A stretch of 63,015 bases of DNA, counting the filler, from an uncultured Methanosarcinales archaeon (GTDB lineage: Archaea; Nanobdellota; Nanobdellia; Woesearchaeales; JACPBV01): NCBI GenBank assembly GCA_964492935.1. It is 3 parts of 2 records of this genome, joined end to end, with 100 filler letters (N's around TTAATTAATTAA, not from the genome) between each part and the next. Parts side by side here need not be neighbours in the genome. Positions count along the whole stretch, not along the records: positions 1 to 28,300 come from CAZBLF010000001.1; positions 28,401 to 53,013 come from CAZBLF010000001.1; 1 more part is not named here. One strand, 5' to 3'. Shown here one piece after another: positions 28,001 to 35,560 of the stretch. The stretch's first letter is position 1, and each line of letters begins with the position of its first letter. A program made the position numbers and the translations under genes. A model generated the notes under the pieces. It made no database searches. It was not told the origin of the DNA and saw only the letters and a list, made by a program, of their open reading frames with translations.

Positions 28001-28299
28001 TCGTTGAATGAGAATCCGGTTGAGTCTGTAGCATTAAATCCATCGGTAGCGTCCCATATAGAATCGTTATTTCCCCAATAAGATTCGAAATTATTTCCAG
28101 AATCGTTTAGATTATCGGCAATAATGATGTGTTCATTTGCACCGATTTGAATATTGTCAAAGGTATCATCATTAATTTTCCATCCAGCAAGATTAACTGA
28201 AGTAGTTCCATTATTGAAGAGTTCAACCCATTCTGCATTAGCATCTCCTCCAGCCTGACCTGAGCTAGGATTGTACATTATTTCATTAATGAATACATC
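22006..28299 (-). CDS. Giant surface glycoprotein: lamin-tail domain, PKD and cadherin/Big_9-like repeats, CARDB-like and acidic domains, C-terminal TM anchor; 5' end lost in gap
   Basis: VFINEIMYNP...EWVELFN; repeated VNDAP/VNDQP; dense N-x-T/S sequons; APSVNAGSDQTV; hydrophobic C-terminus followed by KKK. Confidence 0.88.
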   Translation of the reverse strand, partial: DVFINEIMYNPSSGQAGGDANAEWVELFNNGTTSVNLAGWKINDDTFDNIQIGANEHIIIADNLNDSGNNFESYWGNNDSIWDATDGFNATDSTGFSFNDNAATINLTNGVGTLIDTITYDDATGGDNNGKTLERFNTLFKTLGESNQINGTPGKQNSIFDNQAPNASLFATATFTEDVQGIIDASASTDNNNITFFRFVLGDGTTANQTNGTVPITYEQNGTVAVTLTIFDAAGFNNTVTKNIDVTFVNDLPNITNFNLTFAEDEFNNDTNLNLQVQDEETLASNITFTAANTKNLTITINSNNILNVTASANFNGFTNFTLIATDTNGGASNTIIFVNVSAVNDAPQFNTSNQIANITLDEDTNTTLNLTNHFIDIEGDNLTFSATSPSNIVINITRELVTFIPNANFTGILNISFTASDATLESESSNNVTITITQVNDQPKITQFNISFAEDEFNNNTNLSTTVADLEDIPSNITFTAANTKNLSVVITNNILNVSADKNFFGFTNFTLIATDTNNGISNTTIFVNVTEVNDAPIIANITNQSITQDSEITFTITAADVDNASLIFTKNVNFGTLNASSGVFTFTPNSTFYRDQLITFTASDGTLTSSTNTTITVFSTLNISNVALAHNPTFSSLQENQIIQNVSAFASINVTITIDNAGSIRIDDINTTLASTALGVTTTQSDSLINAGATITKDITLQLPAVISEGLFDFTVTLEGEDDSLATNHRFSNFSFSINVSKQLHDVIIQNLSLDNNSVKCTSPVTLTMNVTNVGQDASEEVFVAITQTNLKLNTTTAFLPLNVNAGSVVTQTINTANITPATYTIETKVLFNKNQSSVSESKQLTIQNCEPVAATINNLSIAEGSFNDSINLTQLFTDFNNDSLFFASEGGNNIAVTITNGRVNITSLTDFNGNTTINFTANDASNLTKSNQVQIQITGINDAPVITNIANQSVAQSANFTLQLATSDIENDTLAFTIAANDTISIIINQSGFIHSFVPTNDQVGKVFLMNVTVNDGTTASSDEFTITVTNINDAPFLNLSNQIANITIPEDTNTTLNLSNHFVDSDKDTLTFTSSTPINVSVSISGAIATFIPNANFSGTTNISFKASDAASSSNTSNNVIINVTPVNDKPFFTNFTDQITAVIGIAKTITVAATDIEADTIAFFDNTSLFNISSTGTITFTPTTDDNGTRRVKITAGDGQLNTSKTMSVQVVDALSLGNIRTSLDNGGDISLDSAATLSNLSPGKTLKFTVNLSNNLISTDVQLTRVNVSFTNGSVVALSKVVSIGTLNKNTAQDVEIDFGALPFISNGNYTLTVKATGKKDTSDIAATFTAKALIFGEANQILLTATSASPSTLTCIRNSTISATVKNADGFQESLNASVTVANAALGVNALSTSQKIDFSEEKTFTIPIFVPLTVAPGDYNLTATATSTDNTVSTKDVTVTLQECALTVSPVEDPTIGSKASQVFTLTSFSDFPQTTISWFLDGINQTAAVNTASYTYTPDNQSGRVAHSVVAQVRDNNNNLLQRAWTLTTTSFPIADTFTTTPDLSTLNETELGSVNLTVSKSGTGKVVFSQPLNLTTVVSLDTIINFTKGIIAVDVSGINTVLNKQAQITLEGLTYTQNPRILFASGFTTNPTFFTQDCTDTFCKIVNSTTAPTTDGTVVFNVSHFSSYLVNATSITTPAGNLAPSVNAGSDQTVETGVSVTLSGSASDSDGTIASLLWTQTAGTTVTLSSTTTSSTSFTAPSSPSTLVFQLTAIDNEGSSASNSVNIIIGEQDKLFIKDIDVRVDDDTDKNLNDGDKISKDAKPGDTIKFDIEVENLFSSSEDIDIEDIEIEITIKDIDDGDDLDETADIDDLEAGDDDSVTLSFELPSIIDEDTYEIEIVADGDSDNGTQRDIITLTLDVDKSRNELLIDRARLSPSFLSCDRSAVLSTRVVNIGSNEQDDVEILIESPELDVERRFFGISLEDGDDTDDVAQSESLTITVPTQQAPGIYPVTIKAYYDTNGVADERTVNLEVSDCQQRTITPVFNEPIPTNLVTIPSVTTSPSTPTTISFRDSSFYGTLLLSAFIILLGAVIFALGATIILTKKK

Positions 28300-28300
28300 T

Positions 28301-28400
28301 NNNNNNNNNNNNNNNNNNNNNNNNNNNNNNNNNNNNNNNNNNNNTTAATTAATTAANNNNNNNNNNNNNNNNNNNNNNNNNNNNNNNNNNNNNNNNNNNN
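28301..28400. other. Artificial contig linker (N44-TTAATTAATTAA-N44)
   Basis: All-frame stop linker embedded in Ns; genes on both sides are truncated. Confidence 0.95.
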
Positions 28401-28401
28401 G

Positions 28402-30894
28402 TTTTTGGTTATTTGGACGACTACACCGTGGACGATTCCGTTTAATTTGGGTGTGATGGTGAATCCGGAATTGGAATATGTTCGAGCTAAGGTTGATGGT
28501 GAGGTATGGATACTTGCTAAAGCGCTAGCTGCTCCTGTGGTGCAGGTGGTTGCGGATAAGAAGTTGGAGATCGTTGAGGAATTTTTGGGCGAGTCGTTAG
28601 AGGGCTTGAAGTATAAGCATCCTTTTCATTCAGAATTGAAGAAGTATTATGACGTTATCAAGAAGGAGTCTCCTAAGGCGTTTACGGTGTTGTTATCGAA
28701 GGAGTATGTTGATACCTCGGCAGGTACTGGTTTGGTGCACATGGCGCCTGGCGGAGGACCTGAGGATTATGAGATTGGGCATCGGAATGGGATTGCTCCG
28801 TTTAATTTGTTGTCTGAACATGGTGTGTTTCCGGAGGATGCAGGAGCGTATTCTGGATGGACTGCGAAGGTAGATGATGGCAAATTTATTGATTTTTTTG
28901 AGTCAGCTTTAATTGCGTCGACGCCTGTTACGCACGATTATGCGCATTGTGATCGATGTAAGCACGCTATTGTGTACCGGACGACTAAGCAGTGGTTTTT
29001 CAAGGTTGAAGATTTGAAGAAAAAGATGCTGGCTGCGAATAAGAAAATTGAATGGGTGCCTGAGGCTGCGTTTAACGCTTTTAATTCGTGGTTAGAGAAT
29101 TTACGAGATAATTCGATTACTAAACAGCGATTTTGGGGTACTCCCTTGCCGGTTTGGAGATGTTCTGGATGCGACGAGGATGATGTGTTGTCTAGTCGCA
29201 AGGAGATTGAGAAGTTATCGGGTAAGAAGCCTAGTGATTTGCATAAGGCATCGCTTGATGAAATTACTTATAGTTGTAAGTGTGGCGGGGTTAAGGCACG
29301 ATTACCAGATATTCTTGACGTTTGGTTGGATGCAGGGAGTGCTGCATGGGCTAGTTTAGGCTTTCCGCAATCTGAAAAGGAATTTAAGAAGTTTTTCCCG
29401 GCCGATTTTATTTTAGAAGGAAATGACCAGATTCGAGGATGGTTTAATTTGTTGATGGTTGCTTCTATGGTGACTATGGAGAAACCCTCATTTAAGGGCT
29501 GTTATATGCACGGGATGATTAACGATGCTAAGGGTAGGAAGATGTCTAAGTCTATCGGAAATTACATTGTGCCGGCAGAGGCGTATGAGAAGTTTGGTGC
29601 GGATACGTTTAGATATTATGCAGTAGGTGGAGCGAACCCGGCTATGGATTTGAATTATAACGAAGAGGATATGTCGGTGAAGCACCGAAATTTAGGTGTG
29701 TTGTGGAACTTGCACAATTATTTGATTGATTTGGTGAAGACGCACGGTATTAAGAAGACGGATATGAAATTGAAGTCTTCTTTGTTAGGGTTGCCGGAGC
29801 GGTATATCTTGTCGAAATTGAATACTACGATTTCTCAGGTTACCTCGTTATTTGATGCTTATAAACTGAATGAGGTTGCTGGTGCGGTTGAGGAATTGTA
29901 CCTGGCTTTGAGTCGAGAATATATTCAGTTGATTCGTGATAAAGTTGCTACGGGTAGTAAAGATGAGAAGGCTACGGTGGTTGCTACGTTATACTATGTG
30001 TTATTTGAATCGTTGAAATTGTTTGCTCCGGTTGCGCCGTTTATTGTTGAGAAAATGTACTTGAATTTGCGCGAGGAGTTTGGATTGAAGGAGAAAAGCA
30101 TCCATATGCATGCTTGGCCGAAAACTGTTGAGTCTTATGTTGATGTCAAGTTAGAGAAGCAGTTTGAGTGTGCTCAGCAGGTGATTCAGGGCGTGTTGTC
30201 GGGTCGAGATAAGATACAAACTGGAATAAGATGGCCATTGGCTGAGGCGGTGATTGTGACTGCGGATAAGGATACTATTGCAAGTATTGGTACGATGAAG
30301 GAATTGATTCAGATGCAGACGAATGTTCGGGAAATATCGGTTAAGTCGATGTTGCCAGGTATTACGACTACGCTGATGCCGGATCATAAGCAGTTAGGTC
30401 CTGATTTTGGTAAATTGGTGCCCGGTATTGTTGCTCAGTTGAGTACTTCTCTTCCGGAAACTATTATGCAGCATCTGGAGAAAGAGGGAAAGCATGTTGT
30501 TACGGTTGATGGCGAAGATATTAGTATTGTAAAAGAACATTTAATCTTTAATCGAGCGGTGCCTGAACCGTATACTGAAGTTTCATTTAGACAAGGTCAT
30601 GTGTATATGAATTCAGAGGTTTCTGAAGAGCTGGAGCGTGAAGGGTATGTTCGCGAGCTGATGAGACGTGTTCAGAGTGCTCGAAAGTCTGCTGGATTGG
30701 AGAAAACGGATAGCATTGATTTATTTATTCAGGTTGATGACTTGGAGCTCGATTCGTATGAAGATCAGATTGCTTCGAAGGTGGGTGCGAGCTCGGTTGA
30801 ACTTACCGCTAGTAAGCCATCCAGAAGTTTTAAACATTCTAGTAAGGAAACTATTCGCGGAAAGGAATTCTTGATTGCATTTTCAGTAGCATGA
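28402..30894 (+). CDS. ileS: Isoleucyl-tRNA synthetase, 5'-truncated
   Basis: WTTTPWT, GTGLVHMAP, EGNDQIRGWF, KMSKS; archaeal/eukaryotic-type C-terminus; HIGH region lost in gap. Confidence 0.95.
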   Translation, partial: FLVIWTTTPWTIPFNLGVMVNPELEYVRAKVDGEVWILAKALAAPVVQVVADKKLEIVEEFLGESLEGLKYKHPFHSELKKYYDVIKKESPKAFTVLLSKEYVDTSAGTGLVHMAPGGGPEDYEIGHRNGIAPFNLLSEHGVFPEDAGAYSGWTAKVDDGKFIDFFESALIASTPVTHDYAHCDRCKHAIVYRTTKQWFFKVEDLKKKMLAANKKIEWVPEAAFNAFNSWLENLRDNSITKQRFWGTPLPVWRCSGCDEDDVLSSRKEIEKLSGKKPSDLHKASLDEITYSCKCGGVKARLPDILDVWLDAGSAAWASLGFPQSEKEFKKFFPADFILEGNDQIRGWFNLLMVASMVTMEKPSFKGCYMHGMINDAKGRKMSKSIGNYIVPAEAYEKFGADTFRYYAVGGANPAMDLNYNEEDMSVKHRNLGVLWNLHNYLIDLVKTHGIKKTDMKLKSSLLGLPERYILSKLNTTISQVTSLFDAYKLNEVAGAVEELYLALSREYIQLIRDKVATGSKDEKATVVATLYYVLFESLKLFAPVAPFIVEKMYLNLREEFGLKEKSIHMHAWPKTVESYVDVKLEKQFECAQQVIQGVLSGRDKIQTGIRWPLAEAVIVTADKDTIASIGTMKELIQMQTNVREISVKSMLPGITTTLMPDHKQLGPDFGKLVPGIVAQLSTSLPETIMQHLEKEGKHVVTVDGEDISIVKEHLIFNRAVPEPYTEVSFRQGHVYMNSEVSEELEREGYVRELMRRVQSARKSAGLEKTDSIDLFIQVDDLELDSYEDQIASKVGASSVELTASKPSRSFKHSSKETIRGKEFLIAFSVA

Positions 30895-30984
30895 GAATGT
30901 GTGTTTTACAGTAGCAAAACCTTTATATAGATGCGACTTATCAGTATTCAATAATAGTAAAAACATTTTTCGTGAGGGAATATA

Positions 30985-31527
30985 ATGGGATTTTTCGATA
31001 AGATCAAAGAGAGCATGGCCGGTAATCCAGCAGAAATGATGGAAGAGGCCGAGGGTGAGGGCTATGTTGAGCTCGGCGGCGATAGTGCTGAGATGGGAGC
31101 TAAGATTCAGGTTCGACCATTTGTATTACATGATTTTGAAGCGATTAAAGATATTCTTCATGTGTTACGTGAAGGTCACACGGTTGCTCTGATTAATATT
31201 CGACCATTAAAGGATAAGGATTTGGTTGAATTAAAGCGAGCCATTAGTAAATTGAAGAAGACGTGTGACGCTATTGATGGAGATATTGCTGGTTTTGCTG
31301 AGGATTGGATTGCAGCAACACCGAGTTTTGCTAAGATTCATAGACTTTCTAAGACGGAACAGAGCGTTGCGCAGAACCCGCAGGTTACCGAGTACAGTTC
31401 TCGAGCTGAGGAACCTGCTCCAAGTGAGGCTGCTCCTGAACCGGTATCAGAACCTGTTCCTGAGGCTGAACCTGCTCAAGAGGGCGAGGAACCTGTAGAC
31501 GATTCTTTGAAGATTGAGCCTTATTAG
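30985..31527 (+). CDS. sepF: Cell division protein SepF with acidic Pro/Glu tail
   Basis: LREGHTVALINIRPL...ELKRAISKLK...IDGDIAG...ATP; TTTATATA at 30922-30929. Confidence 0.85.
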   Translation: MGFFDKIKESMAGNPAEMMEEAEGEGYVELGGDSAEMGAKIQVRPFVLHDFEAIKDILHVLREGHTVALINIRPLKDKDLVELKRAISKLKKTCDAIDGDIAGFAEDWIAATPSFAKIHRLSKTEQSVAQNPQVTEYSSRAEEPAPSEAAPEPVSEPVPEAEPAQEGEEPVDDSLKIEPY

Positions 31528-31584
31528 ATATGCTCAGTCGGAACACAAATGTTTTTAAAGTAATTCTTTTTCTTTTCTACGTAT

Positions 31585-31671
31585 GGCGATAGTATTTCAA
31601 TGGTAGAATACAAGACTGTGGAAATTCTTTACAGATATCTTGTGACGCGGGTTCGATTCCCGTCTATCGCC
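31585..31671 (+). tRNA. tRNA-His(GUG) with 15-nt intron (31622-31636) at position 37/38
   Basis: G-1 plus acceptor GCGATAG/CTATCGC and C73; anticodon stem CAAGA/TCTTG; T arm GCGGG-TTCGATT-CCCGT; BHB helix CTGT/ACAG with bulges GGA and ATA; CCA not encoded. Confidence 0.92.
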
Positions 31672-31674
31672 CTT

Positions 31675-32088
31675 TTAGTTTAGATAAATTCTTTTGTAGC
31701 GAGGAGTCTTTTCTTGCCGGTTTTGGTATGCATTCACCAATTCACTATATACTGGGTCTACAATAGTGCTGTTGATATTTTTTACTCCTTGGAGGAGTTC
31801 TCTTACTCTATTGAGATTAGCATAGATCATTTCCATCTTTTCTGGGTCACCTGGTACGCGAATGTTCTCTTCCAGACCTTCGGTCCCGTCAACTAGGAAT
31901 GCGTCGATTGTGATTAGCCCGTTCATTGAATTCAATATAGTATTGATTTGATCTAGTTGTCTGATTTCATCAAACGCTTCGTCGCTATAACTCAGTCGGT
32001 CAGTCTCAGCACGAATTGCATTCCACATTACCCTTAGTTTAGAAGGCGTTACTTGATTATTCTTTACGTAGTCTAGAGTATTATTCAT
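31675..32088 (-). CDS. Hypothetical protein
   Basis: 137-aa ORF coupled to udg by ATGA overlap. Confidence 0.6.
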   Translation of the reverse strand: MNNTLDYVKNNQVTPSKLRVMWNAIRAETDRLSYSDEAFDEIRQLDQINTILNSMNGLITIDAFLVDGTEGLEENIRVPGDPEKMEMIYANLNRVRELLQGVKNINSTIVDPVYSELVNAYQNRQEKTPRYKRIYLN

Positions 32089-32708
32089 TCTAACGTCTTT
32101 TGAACTGACGTTTGGTTATTTAAGAGTTTCTTTATGATTTGGAAGTCTTCTTGTTGGGTTGGTCTTAAATTAGGATTGTAGAGCATGGCTGCTGGATGGT
32201 AGAGAGGGATGATGGTTACTTGTTGCTCAGGTAATTGCACCTCGGTGGGTTTTCCGTGTAGGGTAGCAATACCTGCAATGGTTTTCATGTTATTGGTGTT
32301 GCATTTCGCTAGCATGAACTTTGTTGAGAAGTTTCCCAAGGTTGCTATTACTTCAGGTTGGATTATTTTTATTTGTTGGATAAGATAGGGGGTGTGGGAG
32401 GCGATTTCTTCTGCATTCGGGTCGCGATTGTTGGGGGGCCGGTATTTGAGAATGTTGGCGATGTAGACGTCGTCAATGGTTAATCCTATACTTTGTAGGA
32501 GTTTGTCTAGCTGCTTTCCGGCTGCTCCTACGAAGGGAATTCCTTTGAGGTCTTCTTTTGCGCCTGGTGCCTCGCCTATGAAGAGTAATTTTGCTTCTGA
32601 GTTTCCTTTTCCGAATACTAGATTTGTTGCGGATGCTCTTAGGGGTAGAGATTTATTCTGCCAGATTTCTTGTTTTAATTCTAATAGAAGGTCGGCTTTT
32701 GATTGCAT
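32085..32708 (-). CDS. udg: Uracil-DNA glycosylase, family 4
   Basis: IGEAPG...PFVGAAG, RPPNNRDP and YHPAA motifs. Confidence 0.92.
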   Translation of the reverse strand: MQSKADLLLELKQEIWQNKSLPLRASATNLVFGKGNSEAKLLFIGEAPGAKEDLKGIPFVGAAGKQLDKLLQSIGLTIDDVYIANILKYRPPNNRDPNAEEIASHTPYLIQQIKIIQPEVIATLGNFSTKFMLAKCNTNNMKTIAGIATLHGKPTEVQLPEQQVTIIPLYHPAAMLYNPNLRPTQQEDFQIIKKLLNNQTSVQKTLE

Positions 32709-32764
32709 GTCTCTGAGGAGAATTTTTGATTTAAATAGTTTCTTGTGGTGGAGAGTATAGGTTC

Positions 32765-33298
32765 CTACTCAGACATTTTTGTGGTTATTGGGTCGATACT
32801 CATATTTTCTGCGTTGAGGAGTACCGTTTCAATGGTTTGCTGAGCTTCCAATGTCTTTTGTATTCTCATATCTTTTGTAACGTGATAGACAAGCGATATA
32901 CACCCATTCTCCATAATAACAAATTTATATGATGCTAGCCCCTCTTCTGCTCCGAATCTATACATAAATAGTATATCGATAGAATCATTATTGCTGTATC
33001 CATCTCCATTAATATCCTTGAATGCTATATCCCACAAACAAATATCGCCATGCTTTAGAAATTCTCCACCTTTTATCGGTACGTATTTCAGTACCCCTTT
33101 CTCGTCGTATCCGGTTCTTTCGTCTCTTTTTGCATAGCGCATGAATAGATTTGCGGCAATTCTGTTTATGCTTATTTTTCGCGGGAGAGTCTTGTGAAAA
33201 TCTTCTACGCCACCTCCTTGTAGGGGCTGTGATGCAGTGACTGCTATCAACGTATACATGACTGCATCTTTTACGTAGTCTCCTAGCCCTTTTCTCAT
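32765..33298 (-). CDS. Hypothetical protein, possibly membrane-anchored
   Basis: 177-aa ORF with N-terminal hydrophobic stretch and a DINGDG loop. Confidence 0.55.
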   Translation of the reverse strand: MRKGLGDYVKDAVMYTLIAVTASQPLQGGGVEDFHKTLPRKISINRIAANLFMRYAKRDERTGYDEKGVLKYVPIKGGEFLKHGDICLWDIAFKDINGDGYSNNDSIDILFMYRFGAEEGLASYKFVIMENGCISLVYHVTKDMRIQKTLEAQQTIETVLLNAENMSIDPITTKMSE

Positions 33299-33338
33299 TT
33301 ATTCATTTAGAATGAGTTTTTCTTTAAATAGTAGTTAG

Positions 33339-34385
33339 TCACTGCGGTATTTCGCAGACGCCGCCCGCACAACCGTAGCAGGTGTCGATTTCTAGAGATT
33401 TATTTGTTTTTTTGATGGATGCTGCTGCGTCTTTTTCGCCCATTGCAGCTCGAATGGCATCGATGTTTTCGCAGACGACATCGGACTCTTGGTGGATTGC
33501 TTGCATGTAGAGTAGTTTGTTGCCGGTTACGCCGATTCCTTCTTTCCAGACGATGATTTCGGGCATGTCGGATCTTCCTCGCCCGAGATCTTTTGCGAAT
33601 TCCATGACCTCTGCTGTTGAACGGACCATGGATTTGTTATCTACCATACGGATTCTGGTTGTTTTTTCGAAAAGTTTTGCAACTTCTTCTACATGGGGTG
33701 TTTCCTTACAGTCTACGGTGATGGAGTGGACGTGCATTAATGTTGAAGAGACGGACATGGCGGTGGTGAAGATATTGACGTCGGGCATGACGCTCTGTAC
33801 GTCGGGTCCGTGGTGTGATGGAAGTTCAAGATGCGGCACAATGGCATTGATGGGGCCGTGTCTGATGTCCCAGGGGTCTGCTCCTCGTCTGATCATGGTT
33901 GCATGGACTGCTTCTATTCCGTATTTTTGTTTGATTGCTCCTAATGTTCTACATAACCCAGTGGTGTTACAGGAAACTACGCGGATGAAGTCTTTTCCTA
34001 CGGCTTCTTTGTAGTTGCTCTGAGCGTTGAATGAGATTTCTGCAATTTCTGGCTTTTCTCCTCCTTGGAAGATTGCTTTTATCTTTCTTGGAATGTAAAA
34101 TTCTTCTTTATTCTTGGCACCCTGCTTTTTTGGGGTACAATCTACTACGACGTCTACTTTTTTTAGGAGATCGTCAAAGGTTCCGTTTGTTTTTAGAGAT
34201 CCTAGGTCTTCGTGTTCGGCAGATTCATAGATGTGAATGTTTTTTTCTTGTGCAGCGAGCATCATGTAGTTGTAGGAGTGTGCGGTTACGCCTACTAGCT
34301 CCATGTCGTCTTGTAATTGAATAGCGTCCGCTACTCTTTTTCCGATGGTTCCATATCCGACGACTGCTACTTTGATTTTTCCCAT
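33339..34385 (-). CDS. gap: Archaeal type II phosphorylating glyceraldehyde-3-phosphate dehydrogenase
   Basis: GYGTIGKRVADA, FQGGEK, VVSCNTTGL, SHHGPDV, QAIHQES. Confidence 0.95.
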   Translation of the reverse strand: MGKIKVAVVGYGTIGKRVADAIQLQDDMELVGVTAHSYNYMMLAAQEKNIHIYESAEHEDLGSLKTNGTFDDLLKKVDVVVDCTPKKQGAKNKEEFYIPRKIKAIFQGGEKPEIAEISFNAQSNYKEAVGKDFIRVVSCNTTGLCRTLGAIKQKYGIEAVHATMIRRGADPWDIRHGPINAIVPHLELPSHHGPDVQSVMPDVNIFTTAMSVSSTLMHVHSITVDCKETPHVEEVAKLFEKTTRIRMVDNKSMVRSTAEVMEFAKDLGRGRSDMPEIIVWKEGIGVTGNKLLYMQAIHQESDVVCENIDAIRAAMGEKDAAASIKKTNKSLEIDTCYGCAGGVCEIPQ

Positions 34386-35447
34386 TTAGACCTCGTAGAA
34401 TGTTTTTGCTTCCTTAATTCTTTCTTTCGGTACGGTTTTTAATGTTCCGACTGCTTTGTCTAGTTTGACTGCTACAATATCCGTTCCTTGTAGGGCTGCC
34501 ATCATTCCGAATTCCTTTTTTTCAATCATTTCGGCTGCTTTGATGCCTAGTCTTGTTCCTAGTACTCGATCGAAAACGGTTGGATCGCCAGCTCTCTGTA
34601 AATGTCCTAATACTACATGCCTACACTCTTTATCGGTTCTTTTTTCGATTTCTGCTGCTAGGGTTTGGGCTAATCCACCTAATCTGACGTGGCCGAACGC
34701 ATCTTTCTCTCCTGTTTGCAAGGTCATCGTTCCTTTTTTTGGAGTTGCACCTTCCGAGGCTGCGATGATGGTGTAAAATTTGCCTTTCTTTTCTCGGTTG
34801 TTGATGATTTTGATGATTTCTTCTATGTCGAAGGGTTCCTCTGGTACGAGAATGATAGATGCTCCGCCTGCAAGTCCTGATTCTAGTGTCATCCACCCTG
34901 CGTGGCGGCCCATAATTTCTACGACGATGATTCTGTGGTGGGATTTTGCGGTGGTGTGGAGATTTTGAATTGCTTCGGTGGCTCTTGTTATGGCGGTGTT
35001 GAAACCGAAGGTGTAGTCTGTTTCGCTGAGATCGTTATCGATGGTTTTTGGGACGCCTACTACGTTGATGCCTTCTTTGTGGAGTTTATTTGCGACTCCT
35101 AGTGTGTCTTCGCCTCCAATTGCAATGAGAAAATCACAATTGAATTTTTTTAGGTTCGCTTTGACTTGTTCTGGGCCGTTTTCAACTTTGTAGGGGTTGG
35201 TTCTGGAGGTGTGAAGAATGGTGCCTCCTAGCATATGGATGTCTTCTACTTCGTCTAGGTCTAGGGTTTTGGAGCAGTGCTCTTTGCAATCTAAAAGTCC
35301 TTTCCAGCCGTCAAGAATTCCTAGGGTGTCGTAGCCTAAATTTTTTGCTTTGACTACGATGCCGCGTATAACTGCGTTAAGTCCGGGTGCGTCGCCACCA
35401 CCGGTAAGAATTGCGATTTGTTTTCCTTTTTTTTGTTCGATAGCCAT
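34386..35447 (-). CDS. pfkA: 6-phosphofructokinase, bacterial PfkA family
   Basis: TGGGDAPGLN, GGTILHTSR, GGEDT, PKTIDND, MGRHAG, LGHLQR. Confidence 0.93.
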   Translation of the reverse strand: MAIEQKKGKQIAILTGGGDAPGLNAVIRGIVVKAKNLGYDTLGILDGWKGLLDCKEHCSKTLDLDEVEDIHMLGGTILHTSRTNPYKVENGPEQVKANLKKFNCDFLIAIGGEDTLGVANKLHKEGINVVGVPKTIDNDLSETDYTFGFNTAITRATEAIQNLHTTAKSHHRIIVVEIMGRHAGWMTLESGLAGGASIILVPEEPFDIEEIIKIINNREKKGKFYTIIAASEGATPKKGTMTLQTGEKDAFGHVRLGGLAQTLAAEIEKRTDKECRHVVLGHLQRAGDPTVFDRVLGTRLGIKAAEMIEKKEFGMMAALQGTDIVAVKLDKAVGTLKTVPKERIKEAKTFYEV

Positions 35448-35560
35448 GGGATCACCTATTTGCTAGCTAGTTGTCTTTACTTTATAAACGTTTCGATTAT
35501 CATACACCCTCATACCTTTATAGGAAGGTTTATATAGTAGGTTTATATACTTTACTTTGA

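Noticed and set aside
22319..28011. Ser/Val/Leu-rich plus-strand ORFs
   Set aside because: Antisense shadows of the surface glycoprotein gene.
28301..28400. TTAATTAATTAA palindrome (also at 53058-53069) as a biological site
   Set aside because: Centred in N runs and gives stops in all six frames; it is a scaffolding linker.
31672..33298. Integrated element at tRNA-His
   Set aside because: No integrase and no duplicated tRNA 3' end noticed in the window.
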